Notes: a model not told the origin generated them from the sequence alone. A stretch of 64,000 bases of DNA from a virus (IMGVR_UViG_2974569193_000001:108702-172701); one strand, 5' to 3'; shown: positions 25,586 through 33,766, numbered from the stretch's first letter. Translations and numbers: made by a program.

Positions 25586-26017
25586 TTAGGCCTCGGGGGT
25601 CGGGGCTTCGGTTTCCGGCTCGGCGGTGGTCTTGGCCTTACCCTTGGCGCCCGTCGTCGGCGAAGCCTGCGGCTCGTCAACCATCGGCGCGGCCGGCGTC
25701 TCGACCTGCACCGGCTCGACGTCGGCCGGGACGTCGACCGCCGCGTAGTCGGCCTCGAACGCGGCCGGCTTCAGGATCAGCATCTCGTAGTCGTTCTCGC
25801 CGCGCGGGATGCGCACGATGTAGTCGTCCTGGGTCGCCGAGGCGATCTGGCCGTTGATCGGCACCAGCAGCTTGCCGACCGCATCCTTGCCGACGCTCAT
25901 GGTGCCCATGGCGGTGTAGGCGGAGTGCTTGGTCAGCCATTCCGGCAGGTCTTCCAGGCGCTGGAAGGTGTATTGGACCGCGTCGACGGTCACGGGCAGG
26001 CGGGTGTACTTGCTCAA
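25586..26017 (-). CDS. hypothetical protein
   Basis: 143 aa; TTG start with SD AGGAG; acidic P/E/T-rich tail. Confidence 0.5.
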   Translation of the reverse strand: MSKYTRLPVTVDAVQYTFQRLEDLPEWLTKHSAYTAMGTMSVGKDAVGKLLVPINGQIASATQDDYIVRIPRGENDYEMLILKPAAFEADYAAVDVPADVEPVQVETPAAPMVDEPQASPTTGAKGKAKTTAEPETEAPTPEA

Positions 26018-26026
26018 GGATAGCTC

Positions 26027-26611
26027 CTACTGGGGTTGGGCCGGCGCCGGGATGGCGAAGGCAAGGGATTGTTCGACCAGGGCCAAGAGGTCGGTTACCA
26101 GCTTGGGATTGAGGTCGTCCTCGGTCAGGGCGGCGGCGACGGCGTTGATCCGCGACCACGTGAAGTCCTCGGTCAGGCCAAGGTTGTGGAGGCGCAGCAG
26201 GGTCTCGCCGTGGATCGCCACGACGCCGGAAAGGTCACGCAGGTTGCGCAAGGTCAGCAGCCGCTCGGAAAGCATCTTGATCGCGCTGCCCGAGGGCGCC
26301 AGGAGCAGGCGCATCCAGTCGCCGCCGGGGTCGTCGCCCCGGCGCAGGTCCGGATGGTCCAGGGTCGCGCCCCAGATCACCGCGTGGGCTTTGGCGGCCA
26401 GCGACTGCCGGCGCTTGGCGATGGCCTCGGCTTCCTTGGCTTCGCGCTGGGCGGTCAGGAAGGTGGCGATGATCGCCGAGGGAAAGATCGCCACGAGGAA
26501 GAAGGCGAGGCGGTCGGTCCAGACCGCGTGCGGCGTGATCACGTTCATGGCCGTGCCGATCAGCACCGTGGGATAGATCAGGCCGCCGTGGCGGTGGATG
26601 AACTTGATCAT
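26027..26611 (-). CDS. membrane protein
   Basis: 194 aa with two N-terminal transmembrane segments. Preceded by a cassette promoter; a GGCCTCCG/CGGAGGCC hairpin in the leader contains the SD. Confidence 0.55.
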   Translation of the reverse strand: MIKFIHRHGGLIYPTVLIGTAMNVITPHAVWTDRLAFFLVAIFPSAIIATFLTAQREAKEAEAIAKRRQSLAAKAHAVIWGATLDHPDLRRGDDPGGDWMRLLLAPSGSAIKMLSERLLTLRNLRDLSGVVAIHGETLLRLHNLGLTEDFTWSRINAVAAALTEDDLNPKLVTDLLALVEQSLAFAIPAPAQPQ

Positions 26612-26674
26612 GAAAAGGGCCTCCGGCGTTGTCGTCGGAGGCCCTTCTAGCGAGTCGGTGTCAGGCTGTCAACA
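26612..26674 (-). promoter_or_regulatory. cassette promoter with a hairpin leader
   Basis: GTGTTGACAG, 17 bp, TAGAAG, then GGCCTCCG-ACGACAACG-CCGGAGGCC (an 8-bp stem that sequesters the SD), then CTTTTC-ATG. Confidence 0.55.
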
Positions 26675-26678
26675 CATG

Positions 26679-27293
26679 TCAGCCAGCCGCAGCCACCAAC
26701 TTCTCGATGCGGTTGAAGCCCAGTTCGAGCCGGCCCCAGAAGGCGCTCGGCACGTGCGGCTTGACGACCTCGGTGAAGCGCGCGCGCTCCTTGAGGTACA
26801 TCTTGGCCATGCCCAGGTGAGGCGCCTGGGTCGCCGGGTCCTTGATCGACGCCTCGACGTTGGCGATCCGGTCGGCCAGCTTCAGGATGCAGGCCTCGGG
26901 GTTCTCGCCGAGCTTGCGATAGATGTCCTCGTTGCGGGACTTGCGGTTGGGACCGATGCCCGAGACCGCCCAGACCAGCGCCGCGACGCGGTCGCCGAAC
27001 TTGTCCTCGATCATCTGACGGCGGGCCTCGGGCGTCATGTCGAGGTGGGTGTCCTCGATCACGTCGTGCAGCTTGGCCGCCGCCGTCCAGGTGAAGCCGG
27101 CATAGCCGAAATCGTCCAGGATGCGCTCGACCTTCTGGAGGTGGTAGAGGTAGGGCTGGCCGGCGTACTGCTGATCGCCGTGCGCGGCGATGGCGAACTT
27201 CGTCGGGTCCTCCTGGTGGAAGCCGCCGGGCGCGCCGACGTCCGCCATCAGGTTGGCCAGTTGGTCGGGATCGGACAGGGGCGTGTCGGTCAT
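26679..27293 (-). CDS. HD-domain small alarmone hydrolase ((p)ppGpp hydrolase, SpoT/Mesh1-like)
   Basis: 204 aa. AAHGDQQYAGQPYLYHLQKV ... LHDVIEDT matches the RelA/SpoT hydrolase HD motif (H..GQ.R..G.PY..H ... LHD..EDT). Confidence 0.75.
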   Translation of the reverse strand: MTDTPLSDPDQLANLMADVGAPGGFHQEDPTKFAIAAHGDQQYAGQPYLYHLQKVERILDDFGYAGFTWTAAAKLHDVIEDTHLDMTPEARRQMIEDKFGDRVAALVWAVSGIGPNRKSRNEDIYRKLGENPEACILKLADRIANVEASIKDPATQAPHLGMAKMYLKERARFTEVVKPHVPSAFWGRLELGFNRIEKLVAAAG

Positions 27294-27697
27294 GACGTTT
27301 TCTCGGGGATCAGGGTGAAGACTTCCACGCCCTCGTCGATGCGCATGTGGTGCGTCGGCGGGTGGGCGGGGTTGTAGCGGATGTAGCCGGCGAGGCCGCC
27401 GTCGATCATCGCGCCGCCGCGCTCCTGGTAGTCGTGGCGGAAGCGCGAGACCAGGAACGAGCCATCGGCGAGCTTGATGGCCGAGAACACCGCCTCGCGG
27501 ATCGAGGCCGCCGAGGTAATGTAGACGCCCTCTTTGAGGGGATGGACGAACAACCCGAAGTAGTTGTCGTGGCCCTGCGACCGATCCGGCGTCTCGGTGT
27601 AGAAGACGTAGAACGGACCCTCCCGATCGGGGAGGTCATAGTAGCCCACGTACTTGGCGTTGTAGCGCTCTTCGGCGACTTTGACGTTGATGCCCAT
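27290..27697 (-). CDS. hypothetical protein
   Basis: 135 aa; ATGA overlap with the SAH gene. Confidence 0.5.
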   Translation of the reverse strand: MGINVKVAEERYNAKYVGYYDLPDREGPFYVFYTETPDRSQGHDNYFGLFVHPLKEGVYITSAASIREAVFSAIKLADGSFLVSRFRHDYQERGGAMIDGGLAGYIRYNPAHPPTHHMRIDEGVEVFTLIPEKTS

Positions 27698-28197
27698 CAG
27701 GCGACCCTCAGGAATTCACCCCACGCGGGGGCGGCGTATTTCAGATAGGCCTCGTGCGCGGCCTCCGGCGTACTATAGCGTCCCAGGAAGCGATAGACAC
27801 CATGAATGGTGATCTGGGCCTGGAACGGCTTGCTCTTGCATCGGCACTTGGTCACGCCCTTGGGCAGGGCGCCGATCGGGCGGCGGTTGACGAGGTTCTG
27901 CGACCGCGTGGCCTTCCGGAGGTTCTTGATCCGGTTGTTGCGGCGGTTGCAGTCCTCGTGGTCGACGTCATGGTCGGGGACGACCCCGTGGTGGAGCGCC
28001 CAGGCCAGCTTGTGGGCGGCGATCTGGATGCGGCGGCCCTCGTAGGGGACCTTGATCACCCGGTAGCCGTCCTGGTTGACCGTGCCCAGGCGCTTGCGGG
28101 TCTTGGAACCCCGCAGATAGATGGCGCCGGACGAGGCCTCATAGCGGTAGCGCGCCTTGAGGTACTCGACCGGGATGACGTACTCTGCCCCCGACAT
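27697..28197 (-). CDS. HNH homing endonuclease with C-terminal AP2 DNA-binding domain
   Basis: Start at MSGAEYVIPVEY (SD AAGGA). HNH motif AHKLAWALHHG...HEDCNRRNNRIKNL; AP2-like KCRCKSKPFQAQITIHGVYRFLGRYSTPEAAHEAYLKYA. Confidence 0.75.
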   Translation of the reverse strand: MSGAEYVIPVEYLKARYRYEASSGAIYLRGSKTRKRLGTVNQDGYRVIKVPYEGRRIQIAAHKLAWALHHGVVPDHDVDHEDCNRRNNRIKNLRKATRSQNLVNRRPIGALPKGVTKCRCKSKPFQAQITIHGVYRFLGRYSTPEAAHEAYLKYAAPAWGEFLRVA

Positions 28198-28201
28198 GGG
28201 A

Positions 28202-28441
28202 TCAATCCTTCTTGGCGTACCGCTTGAAGAGGAGATAGAAGCCATAGGCGACCAGCGCCCCGAGCCAGCAGAACCACAGGATCGCCGCCTGCCCCAGGGT
28301 CATGAAGAAGAACCCGATCTTCCAGTCGTCGTTGAACCGGTTCTCCCGGTTCTCCCGGACCTGGGGGTAGTCGATGGCGTAGCGGTAGCCGATCCTGGCC
28401 AAAGCGATCAGGCCGCCCAGGATGAAATAGATGTCCTGCAT
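28202..28441 (-). CDS. small membrane protein
   Basis: 79 aa, two predicted transmembrane helices. Confidence 0.5.
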   Translation of the reverse strand: MQDIYFILGGLIALARIGYRYAIDYPQVRENRENRFNDDWKIGFFFMTLGQAAILWFCWLGALVAYGFYLLFKRYAKKD

Positions 28442-28448
28442 GGCGGAC

Positions 28449-28724
28449 CTACTTCGTCGAGGCGTTGTCGAGGGCGTCGACGCCCTTTTCAGCCAGGGCG
28501 CCCAGCTTCTTGCGCACGAAGAAGAACACGCCGGCCCAGAAGCCCAGGAACAGCGCCAGCGGCCAGATCAGGCCGATGATGATCCCGGCGATGCCGAAGA
28601 AGAAGCAGTAGACGCCGATGCCTTCGTAGTCGGTGATCCCCAGCTTGCGGAACACCGCCGGGAAGACGGTCGCGGCGGCGGCCCAGACGCCGGCGCAGAT
28701 GAAGAGCGCGGTGAGGAAATACAT
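28449..28724 (-). CDS. small membrane protein
   Basis: 91 aa, two or three transmembrane helices, FFF/GIAG-rich. Confidence 0.5.
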   Translation of the reverse strand: MYFLTALFICAGVWAAAATVFPAVFRKLGITDYEGIGVYCFFFGIAGIIIGLIWPLALFLGFWAGVFFFVRKKLGALAEKGVDALDNASTK

Positions 28725-29026
28725 CAGGTCGGTTCCTTTTCGAGCCCGTGATCGGGGTCGTACTTGACGAGGATGCCGTCTTCGTTCCGGTGCTCCATCA
28801 GGGGCAGGCCGGAGACGAACTGCGGCACGAAGAGGTCGCGGCGCGGCTGCTGGAGCCAGATGAGGCCGGTCTCGGCCACCTGCGCGCGCTCGGCCGGCGA
28901 AAGCTCCCAGCAGGAGATCACACCCTCGGGGCCGGTGTAGGTGTGCAGCGGGATGACCGAGTCCTCGTTGCCCGGCGCCGGGTTCCAGACCTTGTTGGAG
29001 CCGGCGAAGTTACGCGGCGTGGCCAT
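28724..29026 (-). CDS. hypothetical protein
   Basis: 100 aa soluble protein in the membrane-gene cluster. Confidence 0.5.
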   Translation of the reverse strand: MATPRNFAGSNKVWNPAPGNEDSVIPLHTYTGPEGVISCWELSPAERAQVAETGLIWLQQPRRDLFVPQFVSGLPLMEHRNEDGILVKYDPDHGLEKEPT

Positions 29027-29258
29027 GTTTGGACCCCTTGTTGACGAAGAACCAGATCGCCAGCGCGATCAGGAAGCCGGGCACGGCCAGGGGCCACGCG
29101 AAGGTGACTCCCAGGAAGACGAAGACGCCCAAGAAGACCGCACCGACCGCGTCGGAGAGCTTGAGCACCCCGTCCTTGGTCTCGTGCTTGATCGCCCAAA
29201 AGAGCGCGCCCAGGCCGGCAATCACGCCGACGACGAGAGAGAAGAGGATGTACTTCAA
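29010..29258 (-). CDS. small membrane protein
   Basis: 82 aa, two or three transmembrane helices. Confidence 0.5.
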   Translation of the reverse strand: MKYILFSLVVGVIAGLGALFWAIKHETKDGVLKLSDAVGAVFLGVFVFLGVTFAWPLAVPGFLIALAIWFFVNKGSKHGHAA

Positions 29259-29638
29259 AGCAGCCCCGCCGCCTGCTTGGCGGCCTCCTTAGCTTGAACC
29301 TTCTCGTGGGAGAGGGTCTTGACGCGGTTGATCTCGTCGGCTTCGCAGCCGTCGGCGCTGATCCCGAGGTTCTCGCAAAGCGTGTAGAGTGACAGCAGCA
29401 GCCCGCCGACCTCCTCCTTGACCTCGCCGACCGGGCGGCTGAAGGTCCATTCGGCTTGGCGGATCACATCTTCCTTCGTCAGGCCCTGGGTCTGGACGAG
29501 TTCCATGCACTCCTCCAGCGTCCGGAAAGCCTGGATGCGGCGGTTGAAGACGCGGCCCGTCAGGACCTCCTCAACCCACTTCCAGCACCACGTCTGACGC
29601 TTGGCCCGGTGCTCGTGGCACGCGTCCACCTCGGTCAT
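29255..29638 (-). CDS. mazG: MazG-like nucleoside triphosphate pyrophosphohydrolase
   Basis: Genuine C-terminal 127 aa of the chimeric 601-aa ORF 29255..31060. EEVGGLLLSLYTLCENLGISADGCEADEINRV matches the all-alpha NTP-PPase EE.GDLL ... D.E motif. Start at MTEVDACHEH overlaps the TGA of a small upstream ORF as TGATG. Confidence 0.6.
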   Translation of the reverse strand: MTEVDACHEHRAKRQTWCWKWVEEVLTGRVFNRRIQAFRTLEECMELVQTQGLTKEDVIRQAEWTFSRPVGEVKEEVGGLLLSLYTLCENLGISADGCEADEINRVKTLSHEKVQAKEAAKQAAGLL

Positions 29639-29781
29639 CACTTGCCCCATCCGAAAGCCTTCCACAGAGATTGGCCGGTGTCGCGCGAGCAGCGCCACGG
29701 GCGGATGACGAGGACCGAGGCGATGACGGCGACGATCATGTAGATCGCCGCCGCCCGCCCGAGGATGTCGAGCAACGCCAT
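29638..29781 (-). CDS. small hydrophobic peptide (47 aa), not in the ORF track
   Basis: MALLDILGRAAAIYMIVAVIASVLVIRPWRCSRDTGQSLWKAFGWGK. ATG lies 3 nt after the rtcB stop and its stop overlaps the mazG start. One transmembrane helix. Confidence 0.35.
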   Translation of the reverse strand: MALLDILGRAAAIYMIVAVIASVLVIRPWRCSRDTGQSLWKAFGWGK

Positions 29782-29784
29782 CGA

Positions 29785-31017
29785 CTAGCCCTTCACGCAG
29801 AGGACTTGCTTCAGGGTGTGGACGATGTCCACGAGGTCCTTCTGCGCCTCCATGACCGCGTCGATGTCCTTGTAGGCCATCGGGATTTCGTCGATCACGC
29901 CGATGTCCTTGCGGCACTCGACGCCTTCGGTCGCCTTGATCTGGTCTTCCAGCGTGAAGGCCGCCTTGGCGGCGGTGCGCGACATGGTCCGGCCCGCGCC
30001 GTGCGAGCACGAGCAGAACGAGTCGGCGTTGCCCTTGCCGCGCACGATGTAGGACTTGGCCCCCATCGAGCCGGGGATGATGCCGAACTGGTCCTTCTGA
30101 GCCGACACCGCGCCCTTGCGGGTCACGAAGACCCACTCGTCGAAGTGGAACTCCTTCTGGACGTAGTTGTGGTGGCAGTTCACCGCTTCCTTGTCCGTCT
30201 TGAAGGGCGGCAGGCCCGAGGCGCGCATGGCGTCCAGGACCCGGATCATCATCATCTCGCGGTTGATCCGCGCGAAGTCCTGGCCCCAGGCGACGGCTTC
30301 CACGTAGTCGTAGAATTCCGGCTCGCCTTCCGACAGCCACGCGAGGTCCTTGTCGAGCGGCTTCTGGCCGTCCCGACGCAGCATCATCTCCTTGGCCTTC
30401 TCGATGAAGATACGACCGATGGTGTTGCCGACGCCGCGCGAGCCCGAGTGGAGCATCACCCAGACGCGCTGGTCCTCGTCGAGGCAGACCTCGATGAAGT
30501 GGTTGCCGCCGCCCAGCGTGCCCAGTTGGACGACGCTGTTGGCGTTCTTGAGGGCCTTGTACTTGTCGCAGAGCTTCTCGAACCGAGCCTCCAGGCCCGA
30601 GTCGACCCACTTGCGCATGATCGAGTTCGGGATGCCGCTGCGCCCGTTCCAGCCGCCCGACGGACCCGGCCCGCCGTGCGGGACGGCGTGCTCGATCAGC
30701 GAGCGCAGCTTGGCGAGGCTGTCGGGCAGGTCCGAGGCCGTCAGCGAGGTGCGCACGGCCATCATGCCGCAGCCGATGTCCACGCCCACGGCCGCCGGGA
30801 TGATGGCGCCCTTGGTCGGGATCACCGAGCCCACGGTCGAGCCGATGCCCATGTGGACGTCCGGCATCAGGGCCACGTGCGAATGGATGAACGGCAGGGC
30901 GGCGAGGTTGTGCGCCTGCACCTGGGCGGGTTGTTCGAAGGTCACGCCCCGGACCCAGGCCTTGATCACCCCGCCGTTCCAGCCGGTGATCTCTTCGTAT
31001 TGGGTCTCGGCGGTCAT
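29785..31017 (-). CDS. rtcB: RNA-splicing ligase RtcB
   Basis: 410 aa. RtcB hallmarks: HSHVALMPDVHMGIGSTVGSVIP, GGGNHFIE, HSGSRG, NCHHNYV, SCSHGAGR. Cassette promoter upstream. Confidence 0.9.
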   Translation of the reverse strand: MTAETQYEEITGWNGGVIKAWVRGVTFEQPAQVQAHNLAALPFIHSHVALMPDVHMGIGSTVGSVIPTKGAIIPAAVGVDIGCGMMAVRTSLTASDLPDSLAKLRSLIEHAVPHGGPGPSGGWNGRSGIPNSIMRKWVDSGLEARFEKLCDKYKALKNANSVVQLGTLGGGNHFIEVCLDEDQRVWVMLHSGSRGVGNTIGRIFIEKAKEMMLRRDGQKPLDKDLAWLSEGEPEFYDYVEAVAWGQDFARINREMMMIRVLDAMRASGLPPFKTDKEAVNCHHNYVQKEFHFDEWVFVTRKGAVSAQKDQFGIIPGSMGAKSYIVRGKGNADSFCSCSHGAGRTMSRTAAKAAFTLEDQIKATEGVECRKDIGVIDEIPMAYKDIDAVMEAQKDLVDIVHTLKQVLCVKG

Positions 31018-31081
31018 GTGCTCCTCGCTGCCGTTGTCGTGATTTACGACTTTTGACCACGCCCTTCGTCGTCTGTCAACA
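31018..31081 (-). promoter_or_regulatory. cassette-type promoter for rtcB
   Basis: Minus strand GTGTTGACAG with TTGACA at about 31074-31079. Confidence 0.45.
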
Positions 31082-31364
31082 CACCTTCGACCGCTTCGAT
31101 CTGGATTTGCAGCGTCGTCCTGGCGATGCTCAGCGGCGGGAGTTGCTCACCGACAAGCTTCATGTCCCCCAGGGCGTAGAGCAGGGTGTCGTAGAACTCG
31201 GCCTCCGAGCCCCCGACGTTGAGCCGCTCCTGGATATGGGTGATCCGGGCCTGGAGGACGCGGGCGCGATCATCGTTGGGCAGGAGCGAGGCCTCGACCT
31301 GGGCGATCGCCTCGACGGTGTCTCGCAGCATGCTGCGGTAGGTGTTCTGACGCGGGGTACTCAT
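31044..31364 (-). CDS. hypothetical protein
   Basis: Trimmed to MSTPRQNTYRS... (107 aa). The R/G/P-rich N-terminus of ORF 31044..31613 is rejected. Start overlaps the TGA of the small ORF upstream as ATGA. Confidence 0.5.
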   Translation of the reverse strand: MSTPRQNTYRSMLRDTVEAIAQVEASLLPNDDRARVLQARITHIQERLNVGGSEAEFYDTLLYALGDMKLVGEQLPPLSIARTTLQIQIEAVEGVLTDDEGRGQKS

Positions 31365-31465
31365 GGGATCGCCTTCAGCAGTTGGAGAATGGCCGCCCAG
31401 AGCGCCAGATCGGCGAGCACGGCCAGGAAGAGTTCGTAGTTCAGACGGTAGCCCTTGTGGGTCAT
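31361..31465 (-). CDS. small hydrophobic peptide (34 aa), not in the ORF track
   Basis: MTHKGYRLNYELFLAVLADLALWAAILQLLKAIP. Lies just downstream of a minus-strand terminator and is coupled (ATGA) to the next gene. Confidence 0.3.
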   Translation of the reverse strand: MTHKGYRLNYELFLAVLADLALWAAILQLLKAIP

Positions 31466-31485
31466 CGTTGCCTCCCTGAAACGAA

Positions 31486-31522
31486 AAACGCCGGCGAGAG
31501 GGTCCCGCCGGCGTTTCCTTAG
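31486..31522 (-). terminator. rho-independent terminator (minus strand)
   Basis: Minus strand ACGCCGGCG-ggaccctct-CGCCGGCGT followed by TTTTTCGTTTC; lies after the SPFH gene. Confidence 0.6.
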
Positions 31523-31552
31523 TCCACAGTCGTGCGGCTGGGCCGCGCCGAC

Positions 31553-32383
31553 TTACTTCACGTTGACGAAGGGAACCGCGCCGCCGGTCGTGGTCGGCAG
31601 ACGACCGTCCCACTTCTCGATCGCCTTCAGTTCGACGATCTGCGGGCTGGCCGCGATCGACGCCGCCAGCAGACGGTTCGATTCGGCTTGACCACGGGCT
31701 TCTTCGATCGCCGCGTTGGCGCGCGCCTTGGCGACTTCGACCTGGGCCGTGGCGGACACGGTGTCGGCGTCAGCCTTGGTCTTGGCCTGGATCGAGTCGA
31801 GGATCACCTGCGGGTAGCGGATGTTGCCGATCCAGTCGAGTTGGCTGATCGTCACGCCTTCCTTCGCCCACTTGTGCTGGACGCTGGCGAGGGCCTTCTG
31901 GATCACCTGCTGCCGGCCGCCCTTGTACAGGAACTCGACCGACACCAGTTCGGTCTCGCGGGCGATGGCCGAGCGCACGTCGTTGCGGATCGGACCTTCG
32001 AACAGTTGGTCGAACGACAGCCGGTACTTCTTGTAGAGCGCCGGCGCCGCCGCCGAGTCGACGCGCATGACGAGTTGGACGTCGGCGGTCATCGGCAGAG
32101 CGTTGTTGTCCGAGAACGTGACTTCTTCGTTCTCGGCGCCGCGCTCGTCGGAGTCCTTGGTGTAGGTGTAGGTGCGTTGGATCGCCGGGTAGTCGACGAT
32201 CTTCTCGCCGAAGCTGTTGAAGTGCATGCCCGAGGACAGCGGCGCCGGATCGACGCCTTGGCCGCCGACGGTGCGGATTTTCACGCCGACATTGCCGGGC
32301 TCGACCGTATGCCAGCCGCAGGCCGAGAGGGAAGCGCCTAGGCCCATCAGGGCCACGGCGGTCAGAATTGCCTTAATTTTCAA
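31553..32383 (-). CDS. SPFH/band-7 (prohibitin/HflKC-like) lipoprotein
   Basis: 276 aa. Signal peptide with lipobox LSAC; SPFH-like core. TTG start with SD AAGGAG. Followed by a hairpin terminator. Confidence 0.7.
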   Translation of the reverse strand: MKIKAILTAVALMGLGASLSACGWHTVEPGNVGVKIRTVGGQGVDPAPLSSGMHFNSFGEKIVDYPAIQRTYTYTKDSDERGAENEEVTFSDNNALPMTADVQLVMRVDSAAAPALYKKYRLSFDQLFEGPIRNDVRSAIARETELVSVEFLYKGGRQQVIQKALASVQHKWAKEGVTISQLDWIGNIRYPQVILDSIQAKTKADADTVSATAQVEVAKARANAAIEEARGQAESNRLLAASIAASPQIVELKAIEKWDGRLPTTTGGAVPFVNVK

Positions 32384-32723
32384 CGGATTGCTCCTTAGGT
32401 TGTTTCGGGGACTTGTGGAACGCTTTGGCGATGTCGCCCAGAAGCTTCATCGCGAACAACAGGACGGTCGGCATGCCGAGGACCAGGACGAGAAACGCCA
32501 CGATGGTCGAGCCGACGAAGTGGGCCTCGGTGAGGGTCCAGGCGAAGCCCATGTAGACCAGGACGCCGGCGATGATCACCAGAGTCGGGTAGAGGCTCAG
32601 CCGGTAGAAGAGGCCGGGCAGACGCTTGTCCCGCAGCGCCGCGCTGGGGCCGCCCAGGGCCGAGACCAGGAAGGCGACCATCAGGATCAGGTAGAGCGGG
32701 AAGAGGGGAAGGAAGAGCCTCAC
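32373..32723 (-). CDS. membrane protein
   Basis: C-terminal 116 aa of ORF 32373..33182 from a GTG start overlapping the upstream TGA as GTGA (VRLFLPLFPLYLILMVAFLV...). Three predicted transmembrane helices. Confidence 0.45.
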   Translation of the reverse strand: MRLFLPLFPLYLILMVAFLVSALGGPSAALRDKRLPGLFYRLSLYPTLVIIAGVLVYMGFAWTLTEAHFVGSTIVAFLVLVLGMPTVLLFAMKLLGDIAKAFHKSPKQPKEQSVEN

Positions 32724-33421
32724 GGGGTGGGACCTTTCAGAATGGTGTCGATCCGTGCGAGGAGGTCCCCGCAATCGACGCCGCCAACTTTGAAAGCCGA
32801 GGCCACCTCCGCCAGCAGGGCCGTCTTCTTGGCCGTGGCGATGGCAACCTGTTCCTCGATCGCCTCGACGATCGCAGCCACGAGGACCTCCTGGCGCACG
32901 CGCCAGCAGCCATCGGAGCCGGCATAGAACCACGTCGAGATGATGTTGTCGGCGCGGCCATTGTCGGCGATCTTGCGCGCGGCGTGGTAGGGACCTTCGT
33001 CGCGCCCGATGACGGAGCCGGCGGACAACGCCGCCTCGATGTCCTTGAACCGGCCGGCGACCATCGGGAACCACGACTCGCGGTCCTTGAAGTCGTCGCG
33101 GGCGTTCTGGATGATCTGGAGGATCAGGGTCACGCGCTTGTCGGAGATCGGGCGGTCCTCGACCAGCCGGCGGGCGGCCCACTTGACGCGCTCGATCGGC
33201 ATGACCGCGACCGGCGCGCCGGCGTCGACCAGCAGTTTAGCGACCTCGTTCTCGTAGGCCTCGTCCTGACGGACGCGCGCTTCCAGGCGGCGGATCGTCT
33301 CCAGGTCAGTCTTCTTCTCCTGGGCGTAGGCGTCCAGGGCCTCGTGGGCTTCCTTCAGCCGAAGCTCCAAGGCCGCAATCTGCTCGGCGTCCGCGAAGGA
33401 GGCGATCATATGCTCCGCCAT
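32720..33421 (-). CDS. hypothetical protein (coiled-coil N-terminus)
   Basis: 233 aa, clean ORF. Confidence 0.5.
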   Translation of the reverse strand: MAEHMIASFADAEQIAALELRLKEAHEALDAYAQEKKTDLETIRRLEARVRQDEAYENEVAKLLVDAGAPVAVMPIERVKWAARRLVEDRPISDKRVTLILQIIQNARDDFKDRESWFPMVAGRFKDIEAALSAGSVIGRDEGPYHAARKIADNGRADNIISTWFYAGSDGCWRVRQEVLVAAIVEAIEEQVAIATAKKTALLAEVASAFKVGGVDCGDLLARIDTILKGPTP

Positions 33422-33705
33422 CAGGAAGCGAGCCCGCGCTGCTTCAAGGCGACGATCTGCTCGATCTCCTTGAGGATGTGCTCAGACAGGCGGTCGGTGC
33501 GCTCCTTGATGCCGGCGGGGACGCCGATCTTGCATTGGCCGATCTCGTGCAGGCGATCGGAGACCGCCTTCAGATCGATCAGGGTGTCGCGGATCAGCAC
33601 GTCGGCGAGGCTCAGGGCCTCGGACTGGAGCGCGGCGATGCGCTGGGCGGTGGTGATCTCGTCGCCCGTCGTCACAACGGCGAGCTTGGTCTGGGCAGCG
33701 GTCAA
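33421..33705 (-). CDS. hypothetical protein
   Basis: 94 aa; TTG start after a cassette promoter and leader. Confidence 0.5.
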   Translation of the reverse strand: MTAAQTKLAVVTTGDEITTAQRIAALQSEALSLADVLIRDTLIDLKAVSDRLHEIGQCKIGVPAGIKERTDRLSEHILKEIEQIVALKQRGLAS

Positions 33706-33766
33706 ATCGGGTCTCCTTGTTGTCGTCGGGCGTGACTTCTAGCCGGCGTCCGTGGGGCTGTCAACA
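33706..33766 (-). promoter_or_regulatory. cassette promoter and leader
   Basis: GTGTTGACAG, 17 bp, CTAGAAG, then CGCC-CGACGACAAC-AAGGAGACC, then CGAT-TTG start. Confidence 0.55.

Noticed and set aside
29255-31060. 601-aa minus-strand ORF spanning the mazG-rtcB region
   Set aside because: Only its last 127 aa, the MazG-like region, look like protein. The rest is an R/G/P-rich read-through overlapping rtcB in another frame. It is replaced by the MazG gene 29255..29638 plus a 47-aa ORF.
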